The notes under the pieces were generated by a model that had not been told where the DNA came from, made no database searches, and was given only the letters and a program-made list of their open reading frames with translations. DNA of 64,000 nt from Eledone cirrhosa (lineage: Eukaryota), in NCBI GenBank assembly GCA_964016885.1, contig OZ024747.1, forward strand, positions 78,244,001 to 78,308,000, in the 5' to 3' direction. Made by a program: the position numbers and the translations under genes. This document shows, in pieces, positions 33,169 to 45,760 of this stretch (the first letter of the stretch is position 1; each line of letters begins with the position of its first letter).

Positions 33169-33354
33169 ATAGGAAAAAGTTTAACCCCGACGGCAGAGCT
33201 CAAGCCATTTTGACGGCTATTTCTGGAAATAGCCGTCGAAACGGCTTGAGCTCTGCCGTCGAGTTAAACCTTTTCCTATTACCCACTCTACTACCCTAAA
33301 TATTGAGTACTCTGGTGCGTTATGGTCCATCTGGTTCCTTACCACACCTCCTTC

Positions 33355-33356
<2 letters not shown>
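33169..33356. mobile_element. Fold-back insertion in (TA)n: 111-bp palindrome plus a tail with TTGAGTACTC
   Basis: 33169-33279 is self-complementary; same family at 24268-24327 and 34487-34737. Confidence 0.75.
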
Positions 33357-33409
<53 letters not shown>

Positions 33410-33839
33410 GAGGGTTATTTGTTACTGATATACAATACAGAAGCATCTCAGTGAAAAGATAACAAAATTATCTATTCAGAGAAGAGTATAGATATAAAAT
33501 ATATTGTTGAGTTGATATATGGGTTATATGTGAGCTATTTCTAGCATCATTTTATACCAGACACAAATATTTACTTAGTTGGTTGATCTAGGCGTGCATG
33601 TAATTTTTACACCACACTGGATCAGTAACGATTTATTCCATTTACTAACAGATAATATTATTTTATATTTTTAAAGAAGCCCTCTGAAGAAATTATCCTC
33701 TTCAATAATCAGTTTTATGTATCCAAGTGGTCAATGGTGTTTCTTAATTGAAATCAGGGTAAGGACAAGATTATTGGTGAAGCTGTCTTATTTTAGGTTG
33801 CTTTACATGGAACCTACCCATAGCTATTTTTGTAAAAGT

Positions 33840-33900
<61 letters not shown>

Positions 33901-34754
33901 AGCAAGTATTGCACCAAGAAAAACGAACTTCGGCAAGAAAGGAAAATTAGGAATTTATTTGCTTTAACATATGTTTCTGTGACTATTATAATTGTCTACA
34001 TATGCTGACTACAATATATATTGTTCAATCATATGCAATACTTAATTATTTATCACACTTCAGAAAGCTTATAATTGTTTGTGGAAGTGACTATTACACA
34101 TTATATACATGCACACACACACACACACACGTGTATATGTGTGTGTGAAAATCTGAGCACATAAAGAACAACAAAGATCCTTATTGGGAGTCACCAGATT
34201 TCAGTGCCTTTATACAAATAGTTCATCTGAGTGCACCAAAACCTTTATCACAGTATACCATAGTTAATAGAAATTAGTTGTTAACTCAAATGTTTATATT
34301 ATCTTTACTAATGGATAGATTGCTTTGAAAATTTGCAATATTAGAGTAAAAGCTTTAATGTTTAATGTGATGCAGTCATATTCCTGTTTTATTTACTTAT
34401 CAATGTATTTTCCCATCTTAGAACAGGATTTCCTGTCTGACTACCCAAGCTTTATGTGTTTAAGTATGTATGCATAATATATATATCAGAATGGAGGCAG
34501 TAAAAACCAGTTATACCATTACTCACCAGAGTACTGGATACTTGGGGTATTGACCACTCCCCGAAAAACAAGAGAACTTTAAAGATTATTTATGTACAAA
34601 CTGTCTGCCCATATATGGACACTACCCCCTGAAAAGACTAGCTAGATTCCCGCCTCGCCAGAATACCACGTTTCAGTCTGGATCTAACTGTTGAAACGGC
34701 CGGAGCTCAGTCGTCGGGGGTCCTGAACTTTTCATTTATATATATACACATACA

Positions 34755-35330
34755 TGGTGGCTGCCAACTCGTTTTCAAGTACGGCCACTACTTTATATCC
34801 ATGTAGGAGAACCCCTACTGATACGCTGAACAAGTGTGACTTTTTAGTCCAGCCAGCGACTTGAAAACTCTGGTACAAACACTACACTTGTGACAATTAT
34901 TGACACATAGTGCTGGGCCCATGGTACCATGTGACGACAAGTGCAGAGAGATCTCCAGATATAAAACAATGCCTGTGCCGCGAAGCTTTTATAGTGAGCA
35001 AAGGCACTGCACAAAGCCAGTCCCACTCTCTTAACCAAGATGATATTTACCAAAAAGAAGAACAAGTCAACATCATTGGATATCATCAGGGTTGCAGGTG
35101 TTATATCAGAGTTTTCCTTCTCCTAGAATTCTGCCGTGACAAAGGCTAAGGGATCATCTCTCCCGGTGATTTTGGATGGCCATTGACTCTTAAGAGCTCC
35201 TTTGCCCTTTGACAGGTTTTGTTTTTAGTCCTGCAGGATGTCCAAAGTCACCCTCCTCACCAAGAAACCTTGGTGGGGTTGCCAGTTTAGTCGCCAACGA
35301 CCCGACCATGAGACAGGTTGTACTGGGATA
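34755..35330 (-). mobile_element. Possible degenerate LINE 5' region or other repeat fragment
   Basis: Higher-GC complex block between microsatellites with no intact ORF; the assignment rests on appearance only. Confidence 0.3.
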
Positions 35331-37821
35331 CATGTTACCAGTAGCACCAACTGGTGACCTGACATACACATACATACATACATACATATATAAATATATA
35401 TACACACACACACACAGTACACAGATTTATACTTTTGCTTGTGTGTTATGATTTATACTTTTGCTATATGTATTATGGGCATATATGTATATGTAAATAC
35501 GTGTGTGTGTTGTGTCTGGCTGTATCTTTGTGTATGTGTGTGTATTAGAATTTTCCTATTACTCTTTCAGATTAGTCAATGTTTTTCCCCTCTCTCCACC
35601 CTGTTTGCTCTCTACCCCTAATAGCTGGGTTTAAGAATATTTTATTGTGTGTGTAAATAACTGAGGGATAAATGAAAATGGAGCAAAAGGGCAGTGGTGA
35701 CATTGATCCCGACCTACAAACCCCTACCCAACCAGCCACCCAATCATACAACCAGCTATCTATCCCATTAGCAAGCTATCTAACCAGCCAGCCACTAAGC
35801 TAGCCAGCTACCTACCCAACCAGCCACTCAACCAGCTATCTACCCCATCAGCAAGCTGATCTAATCAGCCACCCAACCAGCTAGCCACCCTACTCCACTC
35901 CCTCATAACACACCCTTTACTTTACCACCACTGTCAAAAGTCAACAAAACAACATCTACAAGTTGTCTGTTCCCTCACCCAGACACTGTGTGTGTTCCCA
36001 AAGGAGATGAAGTGGGGAAGGGGTCACCATCTTATTTACCAGGAACAAAGAAAAGAATCAGCTTAAGAAGGACACCAGAAATAATCCATTTCTAGGAGCT
36101 GCTTTCAGGTTCCTTCAAGCTGTTCAAACTGAAACCAGGAAGTTTAAAAAGAAGCAAAAATAAGATTACTACTGTATATTTTATTTAGGGATCAAAATAA
36201 GACAATTCCACATGTTTATCAAATATACAATCACCAACAGGCTCACAAACAGCTTGACTTGAGAAGGGTTGCTTCTATGTAGTCACTTGACTTGCTAGAA
36301 ATAGCACCTAAATCTCATTCAATCTTACTGTTTTAATTTTAATCTATCCTTCTGATACCAAATTGTCTGAAACTGCCCTGGACTTATGATAGAAAAATTA
36401 TGCATTTTAAAATTAAAGTCTTTTATCATAATTTCATTTTAGGAATTTTTCGTAAATAATATTTTAATCATTAGCTAACTAGTGAAAAACTTAATTATTT
36501 TATTATCAAAATCCCCCAAATATTTGGTTTTCAAAATTAATTAAAACACACAGGCAGTGTATAGAAATATATCAGTAAAGGGGTTTTAAAGGGAAGGATA
36601 GCAGGGAGAACAGTTATAGATATCCACAGCTGCTAGATTCTAACTAGGTGTTAAACACCAAGCTCCCAGACATACTGTTTCCTTCCTCTGTGTCCCCTTA
36701 TGTGGTGGCTATTAAAAGGGCTCTTGCTCCAGTGAACAGAAATAAAATCAAAGCAATTTAGTAACACTTAAGTCTGGAAAAAAAAGTTTTAAACCAGAAT
36801 TTAAATGTTTTCAGTGTTTTTTTTTTATAGCTTTGTAGCTATAATTCCCCACTGTTTTAAATAAATTACTTTTTTATGGTATTGAAATAAAATGTGAATT
36901 TTTCTCCTGGGACTTTTTTTCCTCTTAATGAACTAGCTAGTTGAACATCACCACCACTTACACCTTCTCTCCATCCTTTCTATCATATACTTCCCAGTTC
37001 ACATGTCCCATGTGTCTTTTTCTAATTTAAGTTAGTGTTAACATTTAATTAATGCAGTGAACATTAAAAATCCATGTGTAGAAAGAAAAATTTTTTTTTT
37101 TAGCAAACACAGAAGAGAACTATGAACATGTTTCAGCCTTATTAAACCTCCTAAGTGAAGTATAGACTTCACCATATCTGCCAAAATACCGAGAGAGAAT
37201 CACTAAGTAAATGTACAACATTAGTAGGTATTAAAAATAGTATATTTTGATAAATCAAGGAAAAGTCATTGTATTTAAAAGGCATGAAAAAAGAAATTTA
37301 TTTGGAAATGTATATCTATAAAGATATAAAGGAAAAAAAAAAACACTACTGAAAAAAAATTATATTCCATTTGGTTAAATTATGAAGCATTTAGAAATTT
37401 GAAATTTGAAAATATAGTTGCCACTATGCGAATAACTACAATAATAGTTGATAATGCTATATAATAGTTGAATAAATCAGGTAAAGTATTCCTAAAGATG
37501 GAAAAAGTGGGCAGAGATGCCTGTGGGGGTTGGGGATCTGAACCATGTATTCCTCTCACCCAACATGACAGGGATGTTTTGTTTCTCTACAAAAGTTCTA
37601 TCCACTTTCTTTCTGCCTCCAAGAGTCATTTATTTGATTTATTTGTTCAACTATTAATTATAGTTATCTGCATTATAGTGACTATATTTTCAACTAGATA
37701 AGATATAGCTTCAACTTCTTTCCTAACCAAGACCTGTGATTATATTAAGGTACCTGTAATTTTCAAATAATTTGGTGGGATTTCAATACAATAACTTTCT
37801 CAAATTAATCTGATGTCTGGA

Positions 37822-37944
37822 CAGTAGCATAGTTAGAGGGAGGGGAGGGAGAGGTCCACCCTAGGCAACACTTTTATGGGGATGGCACTTTTGGGTCTGC
37901 TGTAAGCTATAAGCTGTAGCATAATATTATAATTGTACACAGAC

Positions 37945-37991
<47 letters not shown>

Positions 37992-38110
37992 CATACAAAC
38001 AAACTTTAAGAGTTATATATATATTAAGAGCAATATGTATTTTTGTGGGGACCTAGGGATGGCAAGTTGAAGGGCTGCCCTGGGGCTCACACACTCTAAC
38101 TACGTCACTG
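37822..38110. mobile_element. hAT-like MITE
   Basis: TIRs CAGTAGCATAGTTAGAG and CTCTAACTACGTCACTG; 8-bp flanks TGTCTGGA and TGTGTGGA (7/8 match, TSD-like); interrupts a TTAA-CCCT MITE. Confidence 0.75.
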
Positions 38111-39566
38111 TGTGTGGAGCACAATATAATACATGTTCTTAAATAAAATTATGAAGGAAGATTAATATAACTTTGAAACAAACAGCTATGTATCTTAGAA
38201 CCAGGGGCATTTTGATATCAAAAGGATTAATGGATCACACTGTTACAAGTATTTGGGTCAAGTCACTAATCTGAGAATAACTTCCAGTCTTGGAAGCCCT
38301 GTAAAGGGTTATGAAGCTGCCCTTTCTTCTTCTAAGACATTAAAAACAGTTTTTTTTAAAAAACTAAGCTTAAAGGAAGGGCAAGTCAGAACTTCTCACT
38401 CCACACAGAAACACTCACACTAACACACAACAGATATTTACTGAGGATTTTACAAATAGTAAGTAAGCTAGTAACAGAAATTGGGGCAGTAGCCAGGCAG
38501 TTGTCATCATCTCAGCCTAGCTTAAATAACACACACCTTTACACCTAGCAAATAGAGGGGAGAAGGGCGAGGTAGGAGTAGGAGAAAAAGAGAAAGCAGG
38601 AGATATGCTTCACTGACCAAGAATGTATCCATGTATATATAATTGAAAGAAATACATAAAGATCTCATAAGCAATACAGACAGAATAATTGTTTCTATTT
38701 TGGCACAAAGCCAGCAATTATCCTAGTACATTACTGGTACTTTATTTTATTGACCCCATAAGGATGAAAGGCAAAGTTAACCTCTGAGATTTGATCTCAG
38801 ACCATAAAGGGCCGTAACTCTTTGTTGCAAAGCATGGCGTCCAACCTTCTACCGATACTGCCAATACAGACAGAATAATTCCCTTTTCCTAATACTACTG
38901 CTGTCAGTGAATGGGGCTTCTCTACCTGTTGGTAAAGAGAAGGGCGCGTGACAGACTCTACAGCCCTGTCTGGGCAGTATATCTCAGCTGCATCAGGCAG
39001 TGCCAGTGATACATCCACTACACGCCATGGACACTCAGCACATGAAAACTGCTTGTCCTTCCCTACTAAAGGAAGATGGCATATCTAGGCACCCAGAAAT
39101 AAAAAAATAAAATAATTGAATATTTAATTTTACATAGTTATTGTATTTAAACAACAGGAGACTAAATAGTGAAATAAATAAATGGTGTGTGTGTGTGAGA
39201 ATGTGTGAGTGTGAATGTGTGAGTGTGAATGTGTGTGTAAAAATTTAAAAGAAATGAACAAAAAAAAAGTGTAGCGGAAAAAAAGAAAGAAATCAAATTA
39301 CAAAAGTAAGATGGAAAAATATATACACCCATCTGGTAACAAGTGGTATATATATATATGAAATGTTTATATTTAATTATAAACTGTAATATAGTATTCA
39401 GCTTTCAAAAATAATAATATTTCTATACCAATGAACAAAACAGCCAATATTTCAAATTTTAAACATGCACACACACACACACACACATATATAATATTGT
39501 CGTTTTTACATCCGCCTTTTCATGCTTGCATGGATTGGACTATATATATGATATAAAGGAACAAAG

Positions 39567-39763
39567 AATCAGTGTTGCGTTGCATCATATACATATTCAA
39601 TTACATATTACATATGTTTCACTGTCGATCAGCTCAAGGAACATATCTGAGGAGCTTCTGATTCCAGAGTCAGGTTCAATCATTAATCAATCGTTCCCAG
39701 AGCTGATCAACAGTGAAACATGTGTAATATGAAATTAAATATGTAAATGATGCAACATTGATT
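39567..39763. mobile_element. Fold-back element with GAGCTGATC...GAAAC-NNNN-GTA arms, related to 14221-14450
   Basis: About 75-bp inverted arms; downstream tail has ATTGAGTGCC inside a hairpin (39803-39838). Confidence 0.65.
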
Positions 39764-40414
39764 TTTTTTGATACATGATTTTATTTTGATACTCTGCTCC
39801 AGTATGTCAAGATGAGCATTGAGTGCCACCTTGACATATCAGTAGCAGCAGCCAGATGGAAGGTGACAAGGTGGTGGAATGGTATGGAAAATAGAGCTGA
39901 AAGTAGCAGCTAAATCTCCCTCAATAAACTCCCTAAACCTTCATTGTTCACATGACAGTCCTTATTCACATATGCTCTCCATAATGTGTGAAGGAGCGTG
40001 GTCCATTGTTTAGGTTACGGAACTGAACTCATTATTATAAGATCAGGGGTTCAATTCCTGGACCAGGTGGTATGTTTTTGAACAATGCAATTAATTACAT
40101 TGTTGCTAAATTTACAAAAGAAAAAAAAATGAAGTGGCCATGGCTGGAACCCCTTTGAATCAGAGGTTAATTGAATCAGGGTTAGTCTGGGGCTAAACAA
40201 CAACCAGGAAATTGAAACATGACAGAAAATACATATATTTACAAAAATATACAGAAGATCTCTAAATTATGATATATATATATATATATATGAATATAGA
40301 CATAGAATATTCGAAAATATTCTGTATGTTTATAATAAACATTTTGAAGACCTAATCGCTATAGAATAGAATACGTCACGTATTACAATTAGATTCTCGA
40401 TAAAAGCAAGGGAA

Positions 40415-40457
40415 GTAATCTACGCGTTTCATTCTTGTTAGAAATCATCAGGACTAC
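40415..40457 (-). ncRNA. Minimal type I hammerhead ribozyme, first of 5 minus-strand copies (others start at 40725, 41035, 41345, 41655)
   Basis: GTAGTC-CTGATGA-TTTC TAACAA GAAT-GAAA-CGCG-TA-GATTAC; palindromic ACGCGT helix III; GUA site; distal 16-bp helix ATTCTCGATAAAAGCA/TGCTTTTATCGAGAAT. Confidence 0.92.
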
Positions 40458-42382
40458 ATATCCAGTGCTTTTATCGAGAATGACACAGCTAGAGACTTAT
40501 AGAATACTTAGCTGTGTACAGGAACTGGTTTGAAAGAGCGGTTGCCGGTCCGGCAGAAATTAGAAATTGGAATAAATGCTCTGAAATAGCGATATATATG
40601 TGAATATAGACATAGAATATTCGAAAATATTCTGTATGTTTATAATAAACATTTTGAAGACCTAATCGCTATAGAATAGAATACGTCACGTATTACAATT
40701 AGATTCTCGATAAAAGCAAGGGAAGTAATCTACGCGTTTCATTCTTGTTAGAAATCATCAGGACTACATATCCAGTGCTTTTATCGAGAATGACACAGCT
40801 AGAGACTTATAGAATACTTAGCTGTGTACAGGAACTGGTTTGAAAGAGCGGTTGCCGGTCCGGCAGAAATTAGAAATTGGAATAAATGCTCTGAAATAGC
40901 GATATATATGTGAATATAGACATAGAATATTCGAAAATATTCTGTATGTTTATAATAAACATTTTGAAGACCTAATCGCTATAGAATAGAATACGTCACG
41001 TATTACAATTAGATTCTCGATAAAAGCAAGGGAAGTAATCTACGCGTTTCATTCTTGTTAGAAATCATCAGGACTACATATCCAGTGCTTTTATCGAGAA
41101 TGACACAGCTAGAGACTTATAGAATACTTAGCTGTGTACAGGAACTGGTTTGAAAGAGCGGTTGCCGGTCCGGCAGAAATTAGAAATTGGAATAAATGCT
41201 CTGAAATAGCGATATATATGTGAATATAGACATAGAATATTCGAAAATATTCTGTATGTTTATAATAAACATTTTGAAGACCTAATCGCTATAGAATAGA
41301 ATACGTCACGTATTACAATTAGATTCTCGATAAAAGCAAGGGAAGTAATCTACGCGTTTCATTCTTGTTAGAAATCATCAGGACTACATATCCAGTGCTT
41401 TTATCGAGAATGACACAGCTAGAGACTTATAGAATACTTAGCTGTGTACAGGAACTGGTTTGAAAGAGCGGTTGCCGGTCCGGCAGAAATTAGAAATTGG
41501 AATAAATGCTCTGAAATAGCGATATATATGTGAATATAGACATAGAATATTCGAAAATATTCTGTATGTTTATAATAAACATTTTGAAGACCTAATCGCT
41601 ATAGAATAGAATACGTCACGTATTACAATTAGATTCTCGATAAAAGCAAGGGAAGTAATCTACGCGTTTCATTCTTGTTAGAAATCATCAGGACTACATA
41701 TCCAGTGCTTTTATCGAGAATGACACAGCTAGAGACTTATAGAATACTTAGCTGTGTACAGGAACTGGTTTGAAAGAGCGGTTGCCGGTCCGGCAGAAAT
41801 TAGAAATTGGAATAAATGCTCTGAAATAGCGATATATATGTGAATATAGACATAGAATATTCGAATAGGTCTTCAAAATGTTTATTATAAACATACAGAA
41901 TATTTTCGAATATTCTATGTCTATATTCACATATATATCGCTATTTCAGAGCATTTATTCCAATTTCTAATTTCTGCCGGACCGGCAACCGCTCTTTCAA
42001 ACCAGTTCCTGTACACAGCTAAGTATTCTATAAGTCTCTAGCTGTGTCATTCTCGATAAAAGCACTGGATATGTAGCCCTGATGATTTCTAACAAGAATG
42101 AAACGCGTAGATTACTTCCCTTGCTTTTATCGAGAATCTAATTGTAATACGTGACGTATTCTATTCTATAGCGATTAGGTCTTCAAAATGTTTATTATAA
42201 ACATACAGAATATTTTCGAATATTCTATGTCTATATTCACATATATATCGCTATTTCAGAGCATTTATTCCAATTTCTAATTTCTGCCGGACCGGCAACC
42301 GCTCTTTCAAACCAGTTCCTGTACACAGCTAAGTATTCTATAAGTCTCTAGCTGTGTCATTCTCGATAAAAGCACTGGATAT

Positions 42383-42425
42383 GTAGTCCTGATGATTTCT
42401 AACAAGAATGAAACGCGTAGATTAC
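42383..42425 (+). ncRNA. Minimal type I hammerhead ribozyme, one of 6 plus-strand copies (starts 42073, 42383, 42693, 43003, 43313, 43623)
   Basis: Same motif as 40415-40457; the 42073 copy has a T>C change in stem I at 42077. Confidence 0.92.
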
Positions 42426-43822
42426 TTCCCTTGCTTTTATCGAGAATCTAATTGTAATACGTGACGTATTCTATTCTATAGCGATTAGGTCTTCAAAATG
42501 TTTATTATAAACATACAGAATATTTTCGAATATTCTATGTCTATATTCACATATATATCGCTATTTCAGAGCATTTATTCCAATTTCTAATTTCTGCCGG
42601 ACCGGCAACCGCTCTTTCAAACCAGTTCCTGTACACAGCTAAGTATTCTATAAGTCTCTAGCTGTGTCATTCTCGATAAAAGCACTGGATATGTAGTCCT
42701 GATGATTTCTAACAAGAATGAAACGCGTAGATTACTTCCCTTGCTTTTATCGAGAATCTAATTGTAATACGTGACGTATTCTATTCTATAGCGATTAGGT
42801 CTTCAAAATGTTTATTATAAACATACAGAATATTTTCGAATATTCTATGTCTATATTCACATATATATCGCTATTTCAGAGCATTTATTCCAATTTCTAA
42901 TTTCTGCCGGACCGGCAACCGCTCTTTCAAACCAGTTCCTGTACACAGCTAAGTATTCTATAAGTCTCTAGCTGTGTCATTCTCGATAAAAGCACTGGAT
43001 ATGTAGTCCTGATGATTTCTAACAAGAATGAAACGCGTAGATTACTTCCCTTGCTTTTATCGAGAATCTAATTGTAATACGTGACGTATTCTATTCTATA
43101 GCGATTAGGTCTTCAAAATGTTTATTATAAACATACAGAATATTTTCGAATATTCTATGTCTATATTCACATATATATCGCTATTTCAGAGCATTTATTC
43201 CAATTTCTAATTTCTGCCGGACCGGCAACCGCTCTTTCAAACCAGTTCCTGTACACAGCTAAGTATTCTATAAGTCTCTAGCTGTTTCATTCTCGATAAA
43301 AGCACTGGATATGTAGTCCTGATGATTTCTAACAAGAATGAAACGCGTAGATTACTTCCCTTGCTTTTATCGAGAATCTAATTGTAATACGTGACGTATT
43401 CTATTCTATAGCGATTAGGTCTTCAAAATGTTTATTATAAACATACAGAATATTTTCGAATATTCTATGTCTATATTCACATATATATCGCTATTTCAGA
43501 GCATTTATTCCAATTTCTAATTTCTGCCGGACCGGCAACCGCTCTTTCAAACCAGTTCCTGTACACAGCTAAGTATTCTATAAGTCTCTAGCTGTGTCAT
43601 TCTCGATAAAAGCACTGGATATGTAGTCCTGATGATTTCTAACAAGAATGAAACGCGTAGATTACTTCCCTTGCTTTTATCGAGAATCTAATTGTAATAC
43701 GTGACGTATTCTATTCTATAGCGATTAGGTCTTCAAAATGTTTATTATAAACATACAGAATATTTTCGAATATTCTATGTCTATATTCACATATATATCG
43801 CTATTTCAGAGCATTTATTCCA

Positions 43823-43853
<31 letters not shown>

Positions 43854-43854
43854 T

Positions 43855-44237
43855 TCAGGTTTGAGGTTCACCACTGGATAGAGCTGGTCAATTCCGTATG
43901 GTCAATCTCAATGTAATAATATGGAGAGTACTCAACGTAAAGCAGTTCAACCGTCTTTGTTTTTGTAGTTGGTGGTGCTATTACGGAGTTAAATATAATA
44001 ATGAAATGACTTGTGTAAATCCTTGAAAGGTTTATTATACTATGATCATTTATCTATTACATTCACTTATTATATCTATTACATTCACTTATTATATCTA
44101 TTACATTCACTTATTATATTTCGAATACCTGATGATATCACTGGATTCATACGGAACCCGGTCATTGAAATGATCATAGTATAATAAACCTTTCAAGGAT
44201 TTACACAAGTCCAGCCTCCTGTCATTTCATTATTATA
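43855..44237. mobile_element. Fold-back insertion in (TA)n with about 57-bp inverted arms (43993-44237), an internal 3x22-bp repeat, a decayed HHR-like core and a TTGAGTACTC tail on the minus strand
   Basis: TTGTGTAAATCCTTGAAAGGTTTATTATACTATGATCATTT is inverted at about 44168-44210; CTGATGA...CGGAACCCGGTC at about 44129-44163. Confidence 0.65.
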
Positions 44238-44553
44238 TATATATATATATATGGTGGTGTATGTTTGTTTTGCAGAAAACTTTGACTATATATATATATA
44301 TATATATATCTGTATTTTTAACCGTTGGTCAATCAATGATAAACATTGATTGCCAAATAAATTAACTATGGAGATATAAAAGATACAGAAGCGAAAACCA
44401 ACCAAACAGTGAGTGTGTTCTGTTATTATTTCTGGCAATATTATTACAACAATATGACCCTCCCCAAGTATAACAATATATATTGTCCCACCCTTGCAAG
44501 CAGGGAAAAGCAGACGTATGATGATGATGATGATGATGATATTAGAAGTAGTA

Positions 44554-44610
44554 ACAACAGTTAGTTCACCATACCAAGAATTGTTCTCGGTATGGTGAAC
44601 TAACTGTTGT
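44554..44610. repeat. 27-bp-arm hairpin (one mismatch, 3-nt loop) followed by a tail containing CTGAGTGCTC
   Basis: ACAACAGTTAGTTCACCATACCAAGAA TTG TTCTCGGTATGGTGAACTAACTGTTGT. Confidence 0.85.
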
Positions 44611-45399
44611 GTAACCACTTCTTCCAAACTCGTCCCATGGACTGAGTGCTCTACCACTGCAGATATCACCTTCCAGTGTTCTACCTCTCTCTCTATATAT
44701 AAGAAATATTGGTTGAATATGTCATTAGGGAGAGGGTGTATTAAAATAGGGCATGATGAAAGAAAGGACATGATTCTGAGGAGAATGAGGGTTTAGTTAA
44801 ATTATTCAGTCACCGAACTACATGTCTAAATCTGTTGTTTAAAACCCTACTACCCCCCCCCCCCCCATGGCTATTACACACAGGCAAAAGTATAAATCTG
44901 TGTACTGTGTGTGTGTGTGTGTGTATATATATTTATATATATATGTATGTATGTGTATGCCAGGTCACCAGTTGGTGCTACTGGTAACATGTATCACCAA
45001 CAGCAACCATTATCATTAACCAGCAATCAGCCCCAACACCACCACCACAACTATTACCACCACCCCCATGACTATTACCACCATCACCACCACCCCCATG
45101 TCTATTACCATCATCACCGCCACCAACAACAACGACAATCATCACCACCCCCATGACTATTACCCCCCCCCCCCCCCATCACTATTACCACCACCACCAA
45201 CCACCACATCACTACACCCAAACGTTTTCTCAACAGGTTGTTTTGTCACCAGAAAACAACACTTTTGACAGGATCATTCAGTGCCTGGGGGTTAAGGAAG
45301 GGGCTTTAAAGCAAGGAAGGAGGATGTAGTGAGGAGGGTGAGGCAGCAAAATCTACCTGTCACCTGACAAGTGATAATAAAATTGTTGACAATTTACTA

Positions 45400-45408
45400 T
45401 GATGTACT

Positions 45409-45448
<40 letters not shown>

Positions 45449-45670
45449 ATGCACAGATGTATGATGTACTTGTGTGTGTGTGTATGTATGTAATGCACAG
45501 ATGTATGATGTACTTGTGTATGTGTGTGTATATGTATGTAATGCACAGATGTATGATGTACTTGTGTATGTGTGTGTATATGTATGTAATGCACAGATGT
45601 ATGATGTACTTGTGTATGTGTGTGTATATGTATGTAATGCACAGATGTATGATGTACTTGTGTATGTGTG
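45400..45670. repeat. About 46-bp minisatellite (ATGTAATGCACAGATGTATGATGTACTTGTG...)
   Basis: 5 tandem copies. Confidence 0.9.
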
Positions 45671-45714
45671 TGCCTGTGTAACCATAGATATGTGTGTGTG
45701 TGCGTATGTATATA

Positions 45715-45760
<46 letters not shown>

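Larger units (their letters stand above)
40291..43829. mobile_element. Retrozyme-like array of a 310-bp HHR unit: 5 copies in one orientation (40291-41865) head-to-head with about 6.3 inverted copies (41866-43829), inserted in (TA)n
   Basis: Exact 310-bp period (40291, 40601, 40911, 41221, 41531, 41841; inverted 41866, 42176 ... 43726); TA repeats on both flanks; one HHR per unit. Confidence 0.92.

Noticed and set aside
36040-36128. Minus-strand segment bounded by AG and GT, candidate fringe exon
   Set aside because: Stop codons in all three frames and no Fringe similarity
40291-43829. CRISPR array or protein-coding repeat
   Set aside because: Units are identical with no variable spacers, there are no cas genes, the context is eukaryotic, and the only listed ORF is a 60-aa frame at the junction
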